Shown here: positions 21,102 to 32,480 of the stretch, piece by piece | Position numbering within the stretch: position 1 is the stretch's first letter | Layout of the letters: each line of letters starts with the position of its first letter | From: an uncultured Gemmatimonadales bacterium | Lineage (GTDB): Bacteria > Gemmatimonadota > Gemmatimonadetes > Gemmatimonadales > GWC2-71-9 | Assembly (NCBI GenBank): GCA_963842945.1 | Contig: CAWJIM010000024.1 | Coordinates: 160,001-224,000 of the forward strand | Reading direction: 5' to 3' | DNA: 64,000 nt | Translations under genes and position numbers: made by a program | Notes under the pieces: model-generated | The model's database searches: none | What the model saw: only the letters and a program-made list of their open reading frames with translations | What the model was told of the DNA's origin: nothing

Positions 21102-22132
21102 GAGCTCGCGCCACTCGCGTACGGCATCGACGAAGGCCTTGGCGTGCGCGACCGGCGTGTCCGGGAGAATGCCATGTCCCAGGTTCGCGATGTGGGACCG
21201 TCCCCCGAAGGCCTCGAGCATGCGTTGAGTTCGCTTCCGCAGCAGTTCGGGCGGGGCATACAGCCAGCAGGGATCGAGGTTCCCCTGCAGCGTCACCTGG
21301 TCGGCCGGCAGCCTCCGCCGGGCTTCGGCGGCGTCAGTCTGCCAGTCGACTCCGATCACGTCCGCTCCGGTGGACCGGGCGATCTCCTCCAGCGCCCATC
21401 CCGAGCCGGGACAGAACGCAATGACCGGCGCTCCGGCCTTGCGAGCCACGCCGTACGGCCTCACTCATATAAGGAAGGGCAAACTCGCGGAAATCGCTGG
21501 GAGCCAGGGCCCCGGACCAGGAATCGAACAGCTGCAGCACCTGCGCTCCAGCGCTCACCTGGGCAGCCAGGAAGTCACCCACCAGTCGCGCCAGCCGCCC
21601 CAGCATGGCATGCGCCGTGGAGGGCGACTCCACCAGCAACCGCTTGGCGTAGCTGAACGACTTGGAGCCTGCCCCTTCAATCATATAGCTGAGCAGGGTC
21701 CACGGTGCGCCGGCAAACCCGATCAACGGCACCCGACCCTCCAGCTCTCGCCGAGCCAGCCGCAAGGCCGCGAGCACGTAGCCCAGACCTTCCTCCGGCG
21801 ACACGTCCCGCAGCCGTTCGAAATCCTGAGGCGAGCGCAAAGGTTGATGGAACCGCGGACCCACTCCTTCGTCGACCGACAACCGCATCCCCATGGCCTG
21901 GGGCACAACCAGGATGTCGCTGAAGATGATCGCCGCATCCACACCGACCAGATCCACCGGCTGAAGGGTGACCTCTACCGCCAGCTCTGGTGTTCTCACC
22001 ATGGTGAGAAAGTCGGCCCGCTCCCGAACAGCTCGATACTCCGGGCAGATAGCGGCCGGCCTGGCGCATCATCCAGACCGGCGGGCGCTCTACCGGCTCC
22101 TTGCGGCAGGCCCGCAGCAGCAGATCGTTCAC
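21098..22132 (-). CDS. hemE: Uroporphyrinogen decarboxylase (frameshifted)
   Basis: [46 protein letters not shown] across three frames. Confidence 0.92.
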
Positions 22133-22878
22133 GTTAGCGCGGCGACAGGAGCCCCGCGATCGCCGAAACGAGAGCCGGGGTGGAGGGAGCGGAGGGGATC
22201 GCGGCGGGTTGCCACCCGGCGGATCGCGCCGCAGCGGCAGTGGTGGGGCCGATGGCAATCAGAGCCGGCCGAGTGGAAGGAGGACAAGCTTCCACCACAA
22301 GCTGAACCACGCTGGGACTGGCGACGAGTACGATCGAGGCTCCAGATACGCGCAGCCCTTGCCTCTTCGGGGCTCGCCAGCACCATTCTGTAGCATATCA
22401 CCTCGTCAACGACCAGTCCGTTCGATCGCAAGATGGCGGGGAGCTCGTCACGACGGTTCTCGCCGCAGGGAAACAGCACCGGACCTGCCGCGCCGGCGGA
22501 CAGCATTACCCGGGCAAGCTGCTCGGCGGCGCCCAGGCCGGCATTCGGCTCGGGAAAGCTTCCCTGGACCGAGCCCAGGGTGCCCTGCAGTGCCTCCGCT
22601 GTGGCCGCTCCGACCACCCACACTCTGGGAGTGTGACCCACCCAGCTGATGGCGCACGCTCGAATCCGATTGGCGACCGCGGCTGCGGCGCGGGGCGAGG
22701 TGAGCGCGAGCGAACCGTAGCGGTCTCGGTGATTCAGCGCCTCATCCATCCGGGCCCAGTCTTCCGGCGGCTGGGAGCTGATCAGGGGACGCTCGATGGC
22801 CTGCACCGAAATCTTCTGCAGCTCGTCGGCCAGTCCGGAGAACGAGCCGGACGAGGCGGTGATGACCAGTTTCTCCAT
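22129..22878 (-). CDS. hemD: Uroporphyrinogen-III synthase (C-terminal frameshift)
   Basis: [34 protein letters not shown]...VICY; lies between hemC and hemE. Confidence 0.8.
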   Translation of the reverse strand: MEKLVITASSGSFSGLADELQKISVQAIERPLISSQPPEDWARMDEALNHRDRYGSLALTSPRAAAAVANRIRACAISWVGHTPRVWVVGAATAEALQGTLGSVQGSFPEPNAGLGAAEQLARVMLSAGAAGPVLFPCGENRRDELPAILRSNGLVVDEVICYRMVLASPEEARAARIWSLDRTRRQSQRGSACGGSLSSFHSAGSDCHRPHHCRCGAIRRVATRRDPLRSLHPGSRFGDRGAPVAALT

Positions 22879-23852
22879 CAAGGCTCGCTGATGACTGGGA
22901 CTCCGGTTCGGGCGTGAGCGAGAATCTCTCCGGCCCCCTGCTCCAGCAGCTCGTCGGCCAGTACCGATCCCAGCTCCCGCGCATCCGCCTCACTGGTCAC
23001 CCCACGCCGCTGCCGCCCCTCGATCAGTGTCCTTCCGTCCGGAGCGACGACCCGCCCGTGCAGCTGGAGCACGTCGCCCCGCTCTCCCTGCCGTTCGGCA
23101 TATGCCGCTATGGGGACCTGGCATCCCCCCTCCAGCCGCGATAAGAACGCCCGCTCCGCCGAGATGGTGAGTGCGGTCCCAGCATCGTGCAGCGCGGAGC
23201 GGACCAGCGCGAGAACCGACTCATCGTCCGTCCGCACCGTTATGGCCAGAGCGCCCTGCCCCGGTGCCGGCAACAGCAGGTCGGGAGCGAGCCGCTCGCC
23301 AATCCGATTTTCCGCCCCGAGTCGCACCAGTCCAGCGGTGGCGAGAACGATAGCCGACCACTCCGCAGTGGCCGCGAGCTTGGCGAGACGGGTATCGACG
23401 TTGCCCCGAATATCCACGATCTGCAGATCGGGACGGTGATACAGCAGCTGCGCGCGGCGCCGGAGACTGCTGGTGGCCAGAATCGCGCCTCGAGGCAGGC
23501 CTTCCCAGCTGATGGCGCTCCGGCCGACCAGCGCGTCTCGCGGATCTTCGCGCTGGCCTACAGCTCCGATGACGATGCCGTCCGGCAGCCGGGTGGGGAG
23601 GTCCTTCAGGGAGTGGACTGCGAGGTCGATCCGGCCTGCGAGCAGCGCGTCGTCGATCTGCTTGGTAAACAGCGCCCGGCTTCCGATCCGGGAGAGAGGA
23701 ACGTCGGGCGTGAGGTCGCCCGTGGTCTTGATCTCGACCGGCTCCGCGCTGAATCCAGCCGCTGCCAGCAGCGATCGCACTCGTTCGGTTTGCCAGCGGG
23801 CGAGTGCACTGCCCCGGGTACCGATCCGGAGCGGTCGGTGCGGCAGACTCAA
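22878..23852 (-). CDS. hemC: Hydroxymethylbilane synthase
   Basis: [46 protein letters not shown]. Confidence 0.96.
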   Translation of the reverse strand: MSLPHRPLRIGTRGSALARWQTERVRSLLAAAGFSAEPVEIKTTGDLTPDVPLSRIGSRALFTKQIDDALLAGRIDLAVHSLKDLPTRLPDGIVIGAVGQREDPRDALVGRSAISWEGLPRGAILATSSLRRRAQLLYHRPDLQIVDIRGNVDTRLAKLAATAEWSAIVLATAGLVRLGAENRIGERLAPDLLLPAPGQGALAITVRTDDESVLALVRSALHDAGTALTISAERAFLSRLEGGCQVPIAAYAERQGERGDVLQLHGRVVAPDGRTLIEGRQRRGVTSEADARELGSVLADELLEQGAGEILAHARTGVPVISEP

Positions 23853-25255
23853 TGCAGCTCCGCCGTCGACACGCCTCCGGCGACGGGTTCCTTGCTCAGC
23901 ATCGTGTTCAGGCGATCGGCCGCTCTGATTCCCGAGCCGATCGCATCGTTGAGGGAGACACCGTCGCGATAGGTGCCGGCCAAAGCGAGCCCGGGATTGT
24001 TCTGCTCTACCTGGTCTGCGATGTCCTTGAACCGGCCATAGCCGAGGACGTACTGCGGAATGGCCTTGGGCCAGATTTGCACCGCTCGGTATGACGGCTC
24101 GCCCCGAGTGCCTAGAAGCATCCTGAGATCGTCGAGCACCCTGGCGGTGAGAGTCTGGGGATCGGCTTCGACGAAATCGGGATCGCGGGTGCCTCCGGCA
24201 AACACCGTCAGCAACACATGCCCTTCGGGTGCACGCTCCGGGAAAATCGTCGAGGAGAAGATGGCGCCGAGGATGCGGCGGCGCTCGGCCTCGGGCACCA
24301 GGAAGCCAAAGCCATCCAGCGCATGAGTCACCTGCTCGCGGGGGAAGCCCAGCGCCAGCACGGCGAGTGGCGGATGGACGATACTGGAAAGCGTTGACAG
24401 GCGCTCTCCACCGGTGAGATCCAGGTCAATGTCGTCCAGACCATGCGACGGCGCGGCATAGACCACCGCGTCATATGTCTCCGGGCCCTGGTACGCCGCC
24501 CCGACCGTCCATCCCCTGGGTCCACTGCGCAGCTGGGTAACCGGCGCCCGCAGTCGCAGCTCGGACTTGAGCTCGCGGGCAAGGGCGTCGACGATCTCCT
24601 GCAGCCCGCCACGGAAGGAGATCAAGGGGGCCGCGCCGGGTGCAGCGGCGCCGGGAGTCCGGTCGGCCTTGGCCGCCTTGAGAAACGCTTTCATGACTGA
24701 GCCGTGCGTTTGCTCCAGCGTATGGAGCTGGGGGAGCGCATGGCGGACCGACAGCTGCTCCGGATCGCCGGCGAAAGTCCCGGCGACGAACGGGTTCACG
24801 ATGTAATCCAGAACCTCCTGGTTGAACCGGCGGCGCACGAACGCGGCGACGCTCTCATCCAGTGGGGAGTCGCCTCGCTCGATCAGCGGCTCGCCAAATA
24901 CTGCGAGCTTGGCCGTGTTGGAAAGGAGCCGGGAGGTGAGCAGCTCGGCGGGCGTAAGCGGCAGGCGGACCAGCTTGCCCCGGCGAACGATGTACCGGTT
25001 GCGCGCCTCGGGAGAGGGAGAGATCCGCGAGGGATCCAGTCCCAGCTCGCGCAGCATTTCACCGACCGGAGGCGTGGGTGCGGACATCGAGTTGGGCCCC
25101 AGCTCCGCCAGGTAGCCGGCGCGGCGTTCAGTCAGCACCACTCCGCCGGCGCGATCGGCCGCCTCGTACACGACGACGCGATATCCCCGCTGCTTGAGGC
25201 TGTAGGCGGCGGCCAGGCCGGTGAGCCCGGCGCCGACGATCGCTATCGCTGCCAT
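23849..25255 (-). CDS. hemG: Protoporphyrinogen/coproporphyrinogen oxidase (HemY type)
   Basis: [18 protein letters not shown] motif, [21 protein letters not shown]. Confidence 0.88.
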   Translation of the reverse strand: MAAIAIVGAGLTGLAAAYSLKQRGYRVVVYEAADRAGGVVLTERRAGYLAELGPNSMSAPTPPVGEMLRELGLDPSRISPSPEARNRYIVRRGKLVRLPLTPAELLTSRLLSNTAKLAVFGEPLIERGDSPLDESVAAFVRRRFNQEVLDYIVNPFVAGTFAGDPEQLSVRHALPQLHTLEQTHGSVMKAFLKAAKADRTPGAAAPGAAPLISFRGGLQEIVDALARELKSELRLRAPVTQLRSGPRGWTVGAAYQGPETYDAVVYAAPSHGLDDIDLDLTGGERLSTLSSIVHPPLAVLALGFPREQVTHALDGFGFLVPEAERRRILGAIFSSTIFPERAPEGHVLLTVFAGGTRDPDFVEADPQTLTARVLDDLRMLLGTRGEPSYRAVQIWPKAIPQYVLGYGRFKDIADQVEQNNPGLALAGTYRDGVSLNDAIGSGIRAADRLNTMLSKEPVAGGVSTAELH

Positions 25256-26549
25256 GCTGTGCTGAGCGCGGAGTCGAGCAGCTCCAGCTCCCGGTCGCCA
25301 TGAACCACGGAGGTAAACGACGCCTCGAAGGCCGAGGGCGGCAGATAGATCCCGGCCTCGAGCATGGCGTGGAAGAATCGGCTGTACGCCTCGCGGTCGG
25401 TCTGCTTCACCTCGGCGAAGGTCCGCACCGGAGTAGGGCTGAAGAAAGGAGTGAACATGGTGCCGACTCGCTGGACGGTGATCGGAACCCCGGCCCGCTC
25501 GGCAGCGGCCGCGATCAGCGTCGCCGCCCGCTGAGCCCAGTCGGCGGCGCGCTGCCACAGCCCCGGCTGCCGCAGCTCCTCGAGCGTGGCCAGTCCCGCG
25601 GCCATCGCGACGGGATTGCCGGAGAGCGTCCCGGCCTGATACACCGGACCTGCCGGCGCGATCAGCTCCATCAGATCGCGCGCTTCCACCGTAGGCGGCA
25701 GCAGGAAGCCCGCCGCCGATCACCTTGCCGAGACAAGTGAGGTCGGGAGTGACACCATAGAGCACCTGAGCGCCCTGAGGATGGACCCGCCATCCAGTCA
25801 TCACTTCGTCAAAGACCAGCAGCGCATGGTACCGGTGGGTGATGTTCCTCAGACCCTGGAGAAAACCGGCCACCGGCGGCACCACCCCCATGTTCCCGGC
25901 CACCGGCTCCACCAGAACCGCAGCGATCTCATCGCCTCGCACGGAGAAGAGGGTCTCGACCGCGGCCAGATCGTTGTAGGCAACCACCAGCGTATCCGCC
26001 ACCGTTGCCGGCGTCACTCCAGGTGAGTCGGGCAGCCCCAGCGTGGCCACGCCGGAGCCCGCCGCAGCGAGTAGCGCGTCGGCATGGCCGTGATAGCAGC
26101 CGTCGAACTTCAGGATTACCCGCCGACCGGTAGCGGCTCGCGCCAGCCGGACGACGCTCATGACCGCCTCGGTGCCGGAGCTCACGAAGCGGACCATGTC
26201 GAGCCCGGGAAAGCTGGAGACCACCCGTTCGGCGAGTTGAACTTCGAGCTCGGTGGGAGTGCCGAAGGTGGTACCGTGGCGAGCTGTCTCGATCAGCGCG
26301 GCGAGCACTTTGGGATGAGCGTGACCCAGGATCAGTGGTCCCCAGGAGAGGACCAGGTCCACGTATTGGTTCCCGTCAGCATCGATCAGGCAGGGGCCCT
26401 CACCCCGGACCATGAATCGCGGAATGCCGCCCACGCCCTTGAAGGCCCGAACCGGGCTGTTGACTCCTCCGGGGAGCACGCGCTGCGCCGCCGCGAACAA
26501 CCGTTCCGACGCGGCGGTTGCCGCCCGGAGCAATCCGGAGATCGGTCAT
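25243..26549 (-). CDS. hemL: Glutamate-1-semialdehyde 2,1-aminomutase (frameshifted)
   Basis: [54 protein letters not shown]. Confidence 0.94.
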
Positions 26550-27538
26550 GCGGCTCCCCCGGACCTGAGCCATACGGCGGCGTCCTTGGCGTGATAGGAG
26601 ATGATCGCGTCCGCCCCCGCGCGACGCATCCCGGTCAATGCCTCCAGCACCACCCGGCACTCGTCGATCCAGCCGTGACGTGCGGCAGCCTTCACCATCG
26701 CATACTCGCCGCTGACGTTGTAAGCCAGCAGCGGTAACTGGGTTCGCTCCCGGACGGCCCGAACCACGTCGAGATATGCCAGAGCAGGCTTGACCATCAG
26801 GAGGTCGGCGCCTTCGGCCTCGTCCAGGGCGGCCTCCAGCAGCGCCTCCCGGAGATTGGCTGGATCCATCTGATACTGGCGCCGGTCGCCGAAGGCAGGA
26901 GCGCTGTCGGCCGCTTCGCGAAAAGGCCCGTAGAACGCGCTGGCGTATTTCACCGCATAGCTCAGAATGGCCGTCTCCTGATGGCCCGCAGCATCCAGGG
27001 ACGAGCGGATGGCGGCAACCATGCCGTCCATCATTCCACTTGGAGCCACGATGTCAGCGCCGGCCCGGGCATGACTGACCCCGACCCGGCCCAGGATCTC
27101 CAGCGTGGCGTCGTTGTCCACCGATCCGCGCTGAATGACACCGCAGTGCCCGTGACTGGTGTACTCGCAGCAGCATACATCGGTGATCAGGAGCAGGTCC
27201 GGGTGGCGTTCCCGAATGCGACGCAGCGCCCGCTGCACGATCCCGTCATCGGAGAAGTTCTCGCTGCCGATCTCATCTTTCGTGGCGGGGAGGCCGAAGA
27301 GAATCAGCGCCTCGATGCCGCGGCTCCGGATATCATCGATTTCCCGGTCCAGCTTCTCGTCGGCCGAGAGGTGAAACACGCCGGGCATGGAGCCGATCTC
27401 GCGCTCCACCCGGCTGCCATGAACCACGAACAGGGGCTGAATGAGGTCGGCAGGGGAAAGCTCGTGCTCGCGCACGAGGCGGCGCATGGCCGGCGTGAGC
27501 CGGCGGCGGCGGGGCCGACGCAGAGGGGGAAGGGGCAC
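26546..27538 (-). CDS. hemB: Porphobilinogen synthase (Zn-type)
   Basis: [52 protein letters not shown]. Confidence 0.96.
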   Translation of the reverse strand: MPLPPLRRPRRRRLTPAMRRLVREHELSPADLIQPLFVVHGSRVEREIGSMPGVFHLSADEKLDREIDDIRSRGIEALILFGLPATKDEIGSENFSDDGIVQRALRRIRERHPDLLLITDVCCCEYTSHGHCGVIQRGSVDNDATLEILGRVGVSHARAGADIVAPSGMMDGMVAAIRSSLDAAGHQETAILSYAVKYASAFYGPFREAADSAPAFGDRRQYQMDPANLREALLEAALDEAEGADLLMVKPALAYLDVVRAVRERTQLPLLAYNVSGEYAMVKAAARHGWIDECRVVLEALTGMRRAGADAIISYHAKDAAVWLRSGGAA

Positions 27539-27895
27539 AAGGGAAGACTAGAGAGCGGAAAGCCGCCTCGCAACCAGCGCGGCGTGCAATTGGTGGATCC
27601 TGGCACGTGCTTTGCCTTCTTTTGCCCCTGAACCTGTTTTCCTGCTTTCACGTTCTTATTGAGGAGGCCTTACACTGGGAAAGAGGTTGGCCACGCACCC
27701 GGCTGCATAGCGGATTCCGACCAAGCTGAACGGGTTAGCACCTCCCGGGCGTAGTGTTCCTGGTCACTGTCCAGGTATCGCCGGAAATCACGGCCAAACG
27801 CATTCTTTCCCCGCATCTTGAAGTGGGTCACGGTGGGTGCCGACCCCCAGCCGGCTGTCATGCCGCGCCGCCCGCCAGCGCCAGGAGCGCACGGT

Positions 27896-29335
27896 ATGCA
27901 GCTATTCCCCTCAGCGGGTTTCTCTGCTCTAACATTGACGCTGGTTTTGAGCGCCTGCGGCGGAAGTCCGCCCCCGCTCCGTGAAGCCCCGGCGCCCGAT
28001 CCCACGGTCGCCATTGTCCGGGCAACCCTGTGGGACGGCACCGGACGCGGCCCAGTCAGCAATGCGGTCACGCTGATCCGCGGCGATCGAATCCTCTGCG
28101 CCGGCTCGGCCGGAGAGTGCCCCGTTCCCCGTCGCGCGCGGATCATCGACGCCCACGGCCAGTGGCTCATCCCCGGCCTGATCGACAGTCACGTCCACCT
28201 GCTTGTTCCTCACGGCCGGCAGCGCCACTGAAGAGCTCTCGCTCGACTTGCGGGACCTTCTGGCCCAGGGCGTCACCACCGTCCGGGACATGGGCACCAA
28301 TCCGGCCGAGCTGCTGGCTCGGGTCACGGACCCTGGATGCTACGCCCCGGGTCTACGCCATGCAGCTGGTGGCGGGTCGGCGGTTCTTCTTCAACGGGTT
28401 CCAGGGTGCTCGAACCGCCCGGGGAGTAGTGTTCCGGCAGCCACCCGCCATGACGATGCAGTCGCTGGGCTGGACGCCCATCATGTACAATCGCACAGAC
28501 GATCCGGATTCTATCGTTGCGGTAGCCCGTGAAGCCGGAGCCATGGGGCTCAAGCTGTACGCCCAGCTGGACCGCGAGTCGGTCACCAAGCTGGTGGCTG
28601 CGGCCCACCGTGCCGGCATGCCGGTGTGGGGGCACGCCTGGGTGCAGCCGACCAGCGCGCTGGAGCAGGCGCTCGCGGGCCAGGACGGAGTGGTGCACGC
28701 GGCCGGCTTTGCCGGTGAGCTGTTTACCGCCGAGGAGCGGGATACTCTGGTCAACGACGGGACGCTACAGGTAGCTACGGCGGAAGTCGCCACCGTGGGC
28801 GCGGTTCACGATCCGCGGATCACCGATGCGCTGGACTCCATGGCTCGGCTCGGCACCTTCTTCGAGCCCACTCTGGACGCCACCAAGCACAGCGTGGCGT
28901 ACTTCAACGCCAAGCGCCGGCACATTCCCTTCGGAGCAGGAGGAATACGTCCGGGCGGCCTCCGGCTTCGGGATGGAGGTCACTCGTGAAGCGGTGCGCC
29001 GCGGGGTCCGGATCAGCGCCGGCAGTGATCACGTCGCCTACGGCCCATCCAACGAGCGGGCGTCGTTGTTCGGAGAGCTGCGCCTGCTGGTGGATTCCAT
29101 ATCCCTGACGCCCACCGCGGCCCTGCTTGCGGCCACCCGCGACGCGGCCCGCGCTATCGGCGGTGAAGCCGCCCAGCGGCTCGGCACCATCGAGGCCGGG
29201 CATTACGCCGATCTGGTGCTCCTCAGCAAGAATCCTTTGGCGGACATCGACAATCTGGATTCGGTCGAATGGATCATGAAGAGCGGACGGATCTGGCGCC
29301 CCGGTCAGCTCAGGAGTGGTATTGCGATGAACTAG
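27896..29335 (+). CDS. Amidohydrolase-family lipoprotein (frameshifted)
   Basis: LVLSAC lipobox, IIDAHGQWLIPGLIDSHVH, GVTTVRDMG, AGSD, LGTIEAGHYADLVLL. Confidence 0.85.
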
Positions 29336-29349
29336 ACGCAGCGGGGTTG

Positions 29350-30255
29350 CTACTGCCCCGCTGCCACTCTGCCCCGCTGCCCCACTTCAACCGGCAGCTC
29401 GACCCGCTCGGCCCACTCCGTCCACGATCCGACATAAATGCGTCACTCGCGGATAGCTCAGCAGATTCCGCAGAGTGAAGTGGACGTGGCTGGCTTCGGT
29501 GGTGCTGTTGCAATACACGATGATGTTGCGGTCGGGGGTGATGCCCTGTTTGGCGTAGGCAGCCTTCAGCTCCGCCGGCGACTTCCAGACGTGCCCAAAC
29601 CCTTCCTGCGTCAGATCGTCCTGCCAGTAGTGGTTGATGGCGCCCGGAATGTGGCCTCGCCGCATCTGGGCTCCGGCCTGTCCAGCATATTGATCCGGCG
29701 GCCGCGCATCAACCAGCGTCGCGCTGCGGTCAATGATCGCCCGCCGCACCTCGTCGAGTGAAGCGCGCTCCGGGCGAAATGTGCCGAGAGGAAAGTTTAC
29801 TGCGACGAATCCTCGGGTACTCTCGGGCGAGAGGTCGCTGTTCCAGCTTCCACTTGAAGTACCCGCCGTTGAGCAGATACACCCGAGGATGCCCGAATCC
29901 CGCCAGCAGCCAGGCCACGAAGGTGGCGTCGATGTTCCGGGTCTCTCCTGCGCTATAGATCACGACCGGCCGGTCGAAGCTCAGACCCAGGCGGGAAAAG
30001 AGCTCGCTGTAGGCTCGCGCGCTCAGGAGCTGCATCGGAATTCCGCCGTCACTGGCCCGCAGACTCTCGGGATTGAGATACACCGCGCCCGGGAGGTGGT
30101 CTTTCAGGTAAATGAACACATCGGTTCGAACGTCGACGATGTTCACCGGCCCTTTCTTCAGCCAGGCAGCCAGCTCCTCGGTAGAGACCAGCTGGGGCGC
30201 GGGCGCCGCGCGTCAACAGGGTCGAGATCAGCAGCAGTACCGAAACCCCGCTCAT
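29350..30255 (-). CDS. Tandem-domain sulfurtransferase (rhodanese), probably exported (frameshifted)
   Basis: MSGVSVLLLISTLL leader; IVDVR...HLPGA...LNGG; LVDARPPDQYAG...RGHIPGA...IVYCNSTTEAS...YVGSWTEW. Confidence 0.85.
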
Positions 30256-31205
30256 GGCACTGAATCCAGTCCCATATAGGCTCGCTCCTCTTCCAGATAC
30301 ACCCGAAGCGCGTTGCGGCGACGCCGAGAGTTCAGCGATACAGGGCGGGTCTGGTCGGCCGGAGGAAGGCTCTTGAAGCGCTCGTCCCATCGGAACTCCA
30401 TGCTCCAGGGCCGAGCGCATCTCGGCGCGAAGCCCGGTAATGTACTTTCTGGTCGTGGCCACCAGCTCGGACGGCTGCCGCGGAATCGCTCCGTGGCCGG
30501 GCACGACCACCCGCGGGTGGAGGCTGTCGATCGCAGCCAGTGCCTTGAGCAGCTCACCGGAATTTCCGTCTACCACCATCGTCACCCCATCTTCGATCAG
30601 CAGATCTCCGGCAAAGAGTACCCGCTCCTGAGGGAGCCACACCATGAGATCTCCAGCGGTGTGGGCGGCCCCGGGATGGCTGATGATGAGAGTGCGTTCT
30701 CCCAGCTGGAGCGTATCCACAGCAGTGACCGGACGATCGGGCGTATCGGCGAACTCAAATCCTCGCATGGCGTCGAGGCCGACCACTCGCACCCAATCCG
30801 CGATCAGCGCGTCCTCGCCCGCTTCGGATGCGAGGACCCGGCGATCGGGATGCGCGATGACTTTGGCGCCGAGCCGGCGGAACACGATCGCCCCGAAATG
30901 ATGGTCCGGGTGGTGGTGGGTCAGGACCAGCCAGGTGATGGGTGCCGGGCGTGACTCGCCGGATCGCGTCCACCAGCTGCTGCCCCTGCTGCGGGCTCGC
31001 CAGCGCGTCGATGACGACAACGCCTTCACTGGTGACCACGAAGCCGGCGTTGGGTCTTCCCTCGGAACCGCGGCCGGTATCCCCGATGGCTGCGTACACG
31101 CCGGGAGCAAGTCGCCGAAGCGATCGGCGTGCGGCGGCTCCAGGGAGGCTCGCGGTCCGATCAGCAGTCCGAGCGAGCAGGAGATATTGGCAGGGAACGG
31201 AAGGC
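30252..31205 (-). CDS. MBL-fold metallohydrolase (SoxH-like), frameshifted
   Basis: NAGFVVTSEGVVVIDA, LTHHHPDHHFG (HxHxDH), AHTAGD, VLFAGDL, VVPGHG; start uncertain. Confidence 0.82.
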
Positions 31206-31206
31206 G

Positions 31207-31548
31207 TCAGGCGGCGATGAAGCTGATGTTGACCGACTGTTTGAAGGAGGCGCCTTTGTTGTCGGACCACACCATGGTAAGCGGTGCTTCCTTGTCTGCC
31301 GTCAGGGTAAAGCTCACCACCGGGTCCCGGCTGATGCCGGAGGTCCACTCGAACCGGGCGACTTCCTGGGTGCCGTAGGTGGCCACTACGTCCTTGATGA
31401 AGTACGCCGGGATTGGATCGCCCTCGGCGGTTCGGAAGAAACCGGTGTCCATCGGATGGGAAACGATCGCATTGACGGTGATCAGATCGCCCCGTCTGAT
31501 CTGATCGGGAACCCGGATCCTGGCTTCGCCGATATCATTGATCATCAT
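31207..31548 (-). CDS. soxZ: SoxZ-like sulfur carrier subunit
   Basis: SHPMDTGFFRTAEGDPIPAYFI, GISRDPVVSF, WSDNKG; ATGA overlap with soxY. Confidence 0.88.
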   Translation of the reverse strand: MMINDIGEARIRVPDQIRRGDLITVNAIVSHPMDTGFFRTAEGDPIPAYFIKDVVATYGTQEVARFEWTSGISRDPVVSFTLTADKEAPLTMVWSDNKGASFKQSVNISFIAA

Positions 31549-32030
31549 CCACATCCGTTAAGAGTGACGAGCACCCGGGCGTACCCGGCCCAAACCTCAC
31601 CGTTACTGGTCTCCAGGATGGCACGCACCCAGGTGGTGCGCTTCATCTTGATGCGGGTAGAGATAGACACCGAGCCAATGGCCGGTGTCAGATGAAACGC
31701 GGCGAGATGCGGGTCGGGGTTGTGATCCACGATGAGGTGGACGCCTTTCACGTACCGATCATCGCTCATCGGCAGGTCGCTCTCGATGATGACCGGAACG
31801 ACCCGGCCATCCTCGGCCACGACAGGCATGTCCAACTGCACGTGTCCCCGGCGGATGGGACGATCCCCGAATAACTGCTTCAGGATACGGGCGACTTCCT
31901 GATTGGGTACTTCGGGGTCTTCGGGCCCGAGATCGAGCCCGGTTGCGGCCAGTAGCCGTTCGGTGCGCGAGGTCAGCAGGCCCGTAAGGGCCAACGCGCA
32001 GGAACGGAAGAAGGCTCGACGCTCACTCAT
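31545..32030 (-). CDS. soxY: SoxY-like sulfur carrier with Tat signal
   Basis: SERRAFF Tat motif, PVVAEDGRVVPV, DHNPDP, STRIKM, C-terminal VTLNGCG. Confidence 0.88.
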   Translation of the reverse strand: MSERRAFFRSCALALTGLLTSRTERLLAATGLDLGPEDPEVPNQEVARILKQLFGDRPIRRGHVQLDMPVVAEDGRVVPVIIESDLPMSDDRYVKGVHLIVDHNPDPHLAAFHLTPAIGSVSISTRIKMKRTTWVRAILETSNGEVWAGYARVLVTLNGCG

Positions 32031-32075
32031 GAATGCAAGGTCGGATGGGGTCCGGCCCAAGTCAAGCGAGTCTCG

Positions 32076-32480
32076 CTATGGCTTCAAGTCCAGGCGGTAG
32101 GAGGCCGGATCTCGCGCGACATACGTGGCGCGAGCAGCCACCTGGTTCACGCTGGCCGAGTACTGCGAGGCAAGCCGCTCGTCGGCAATGTGAAGCTGCG
32201 CCACGTTCCCGGAGCTCAGATCGCCGGTCAAGATCACCTGCAGCGTCGTGGCGTCCGGCCGGCTGGTGTAGATGGTGTACCCGGCTGCATCCACCGAGTC
32301 CACCCGTCCGCCCGTGACAGTGAAGAGCAAGCCGCCGTCGTCATTGAACGGAGTGGACAGAGAGACTTGAAGCGTCGCCGCGACCGGACCGGAGGGCTGT
32401 CCCGAACAGCCGCTGAGCATGGCCAGTGCGGCGGCCACCACGACAACCCAGTCCAGAGAGGGTATCGAGGCTCTGTTCAC
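32076..32480 (-). CDS. Hypothetical beta-rich lipoprotein
   Basis: VVVVAAALAMLSGC lipobox followed by ~110 aa of alternating beta-strand pattern; start abuts the end of the M6 protease. Confidence 0.6.
   Translation of the reverse strand: MNRASIPSLDWVVVVAAALAMLSGCSGQPSGPVAATLQVSLSTPFNDDGGLLFTVTGGRVDSVDAAGYTIYTSRPDATTLQVILTGDLSSGNVAQLHIADERLASQYSASVNQVAARATYVARDPASYRLDLKP

Noticed and set aside
23849..26533. 894-aa apparent HemL-HemG fusion
   Set aside because: The true HemL C-terminus is in another frame (25243..25689), and the joining stretch is out-of-frame sequence created by a frameshift.
29350..32030. Complete Sox thiosulfate oxidation pathway
   Set aside because: soxA, X, B, C and D are absent from the window.
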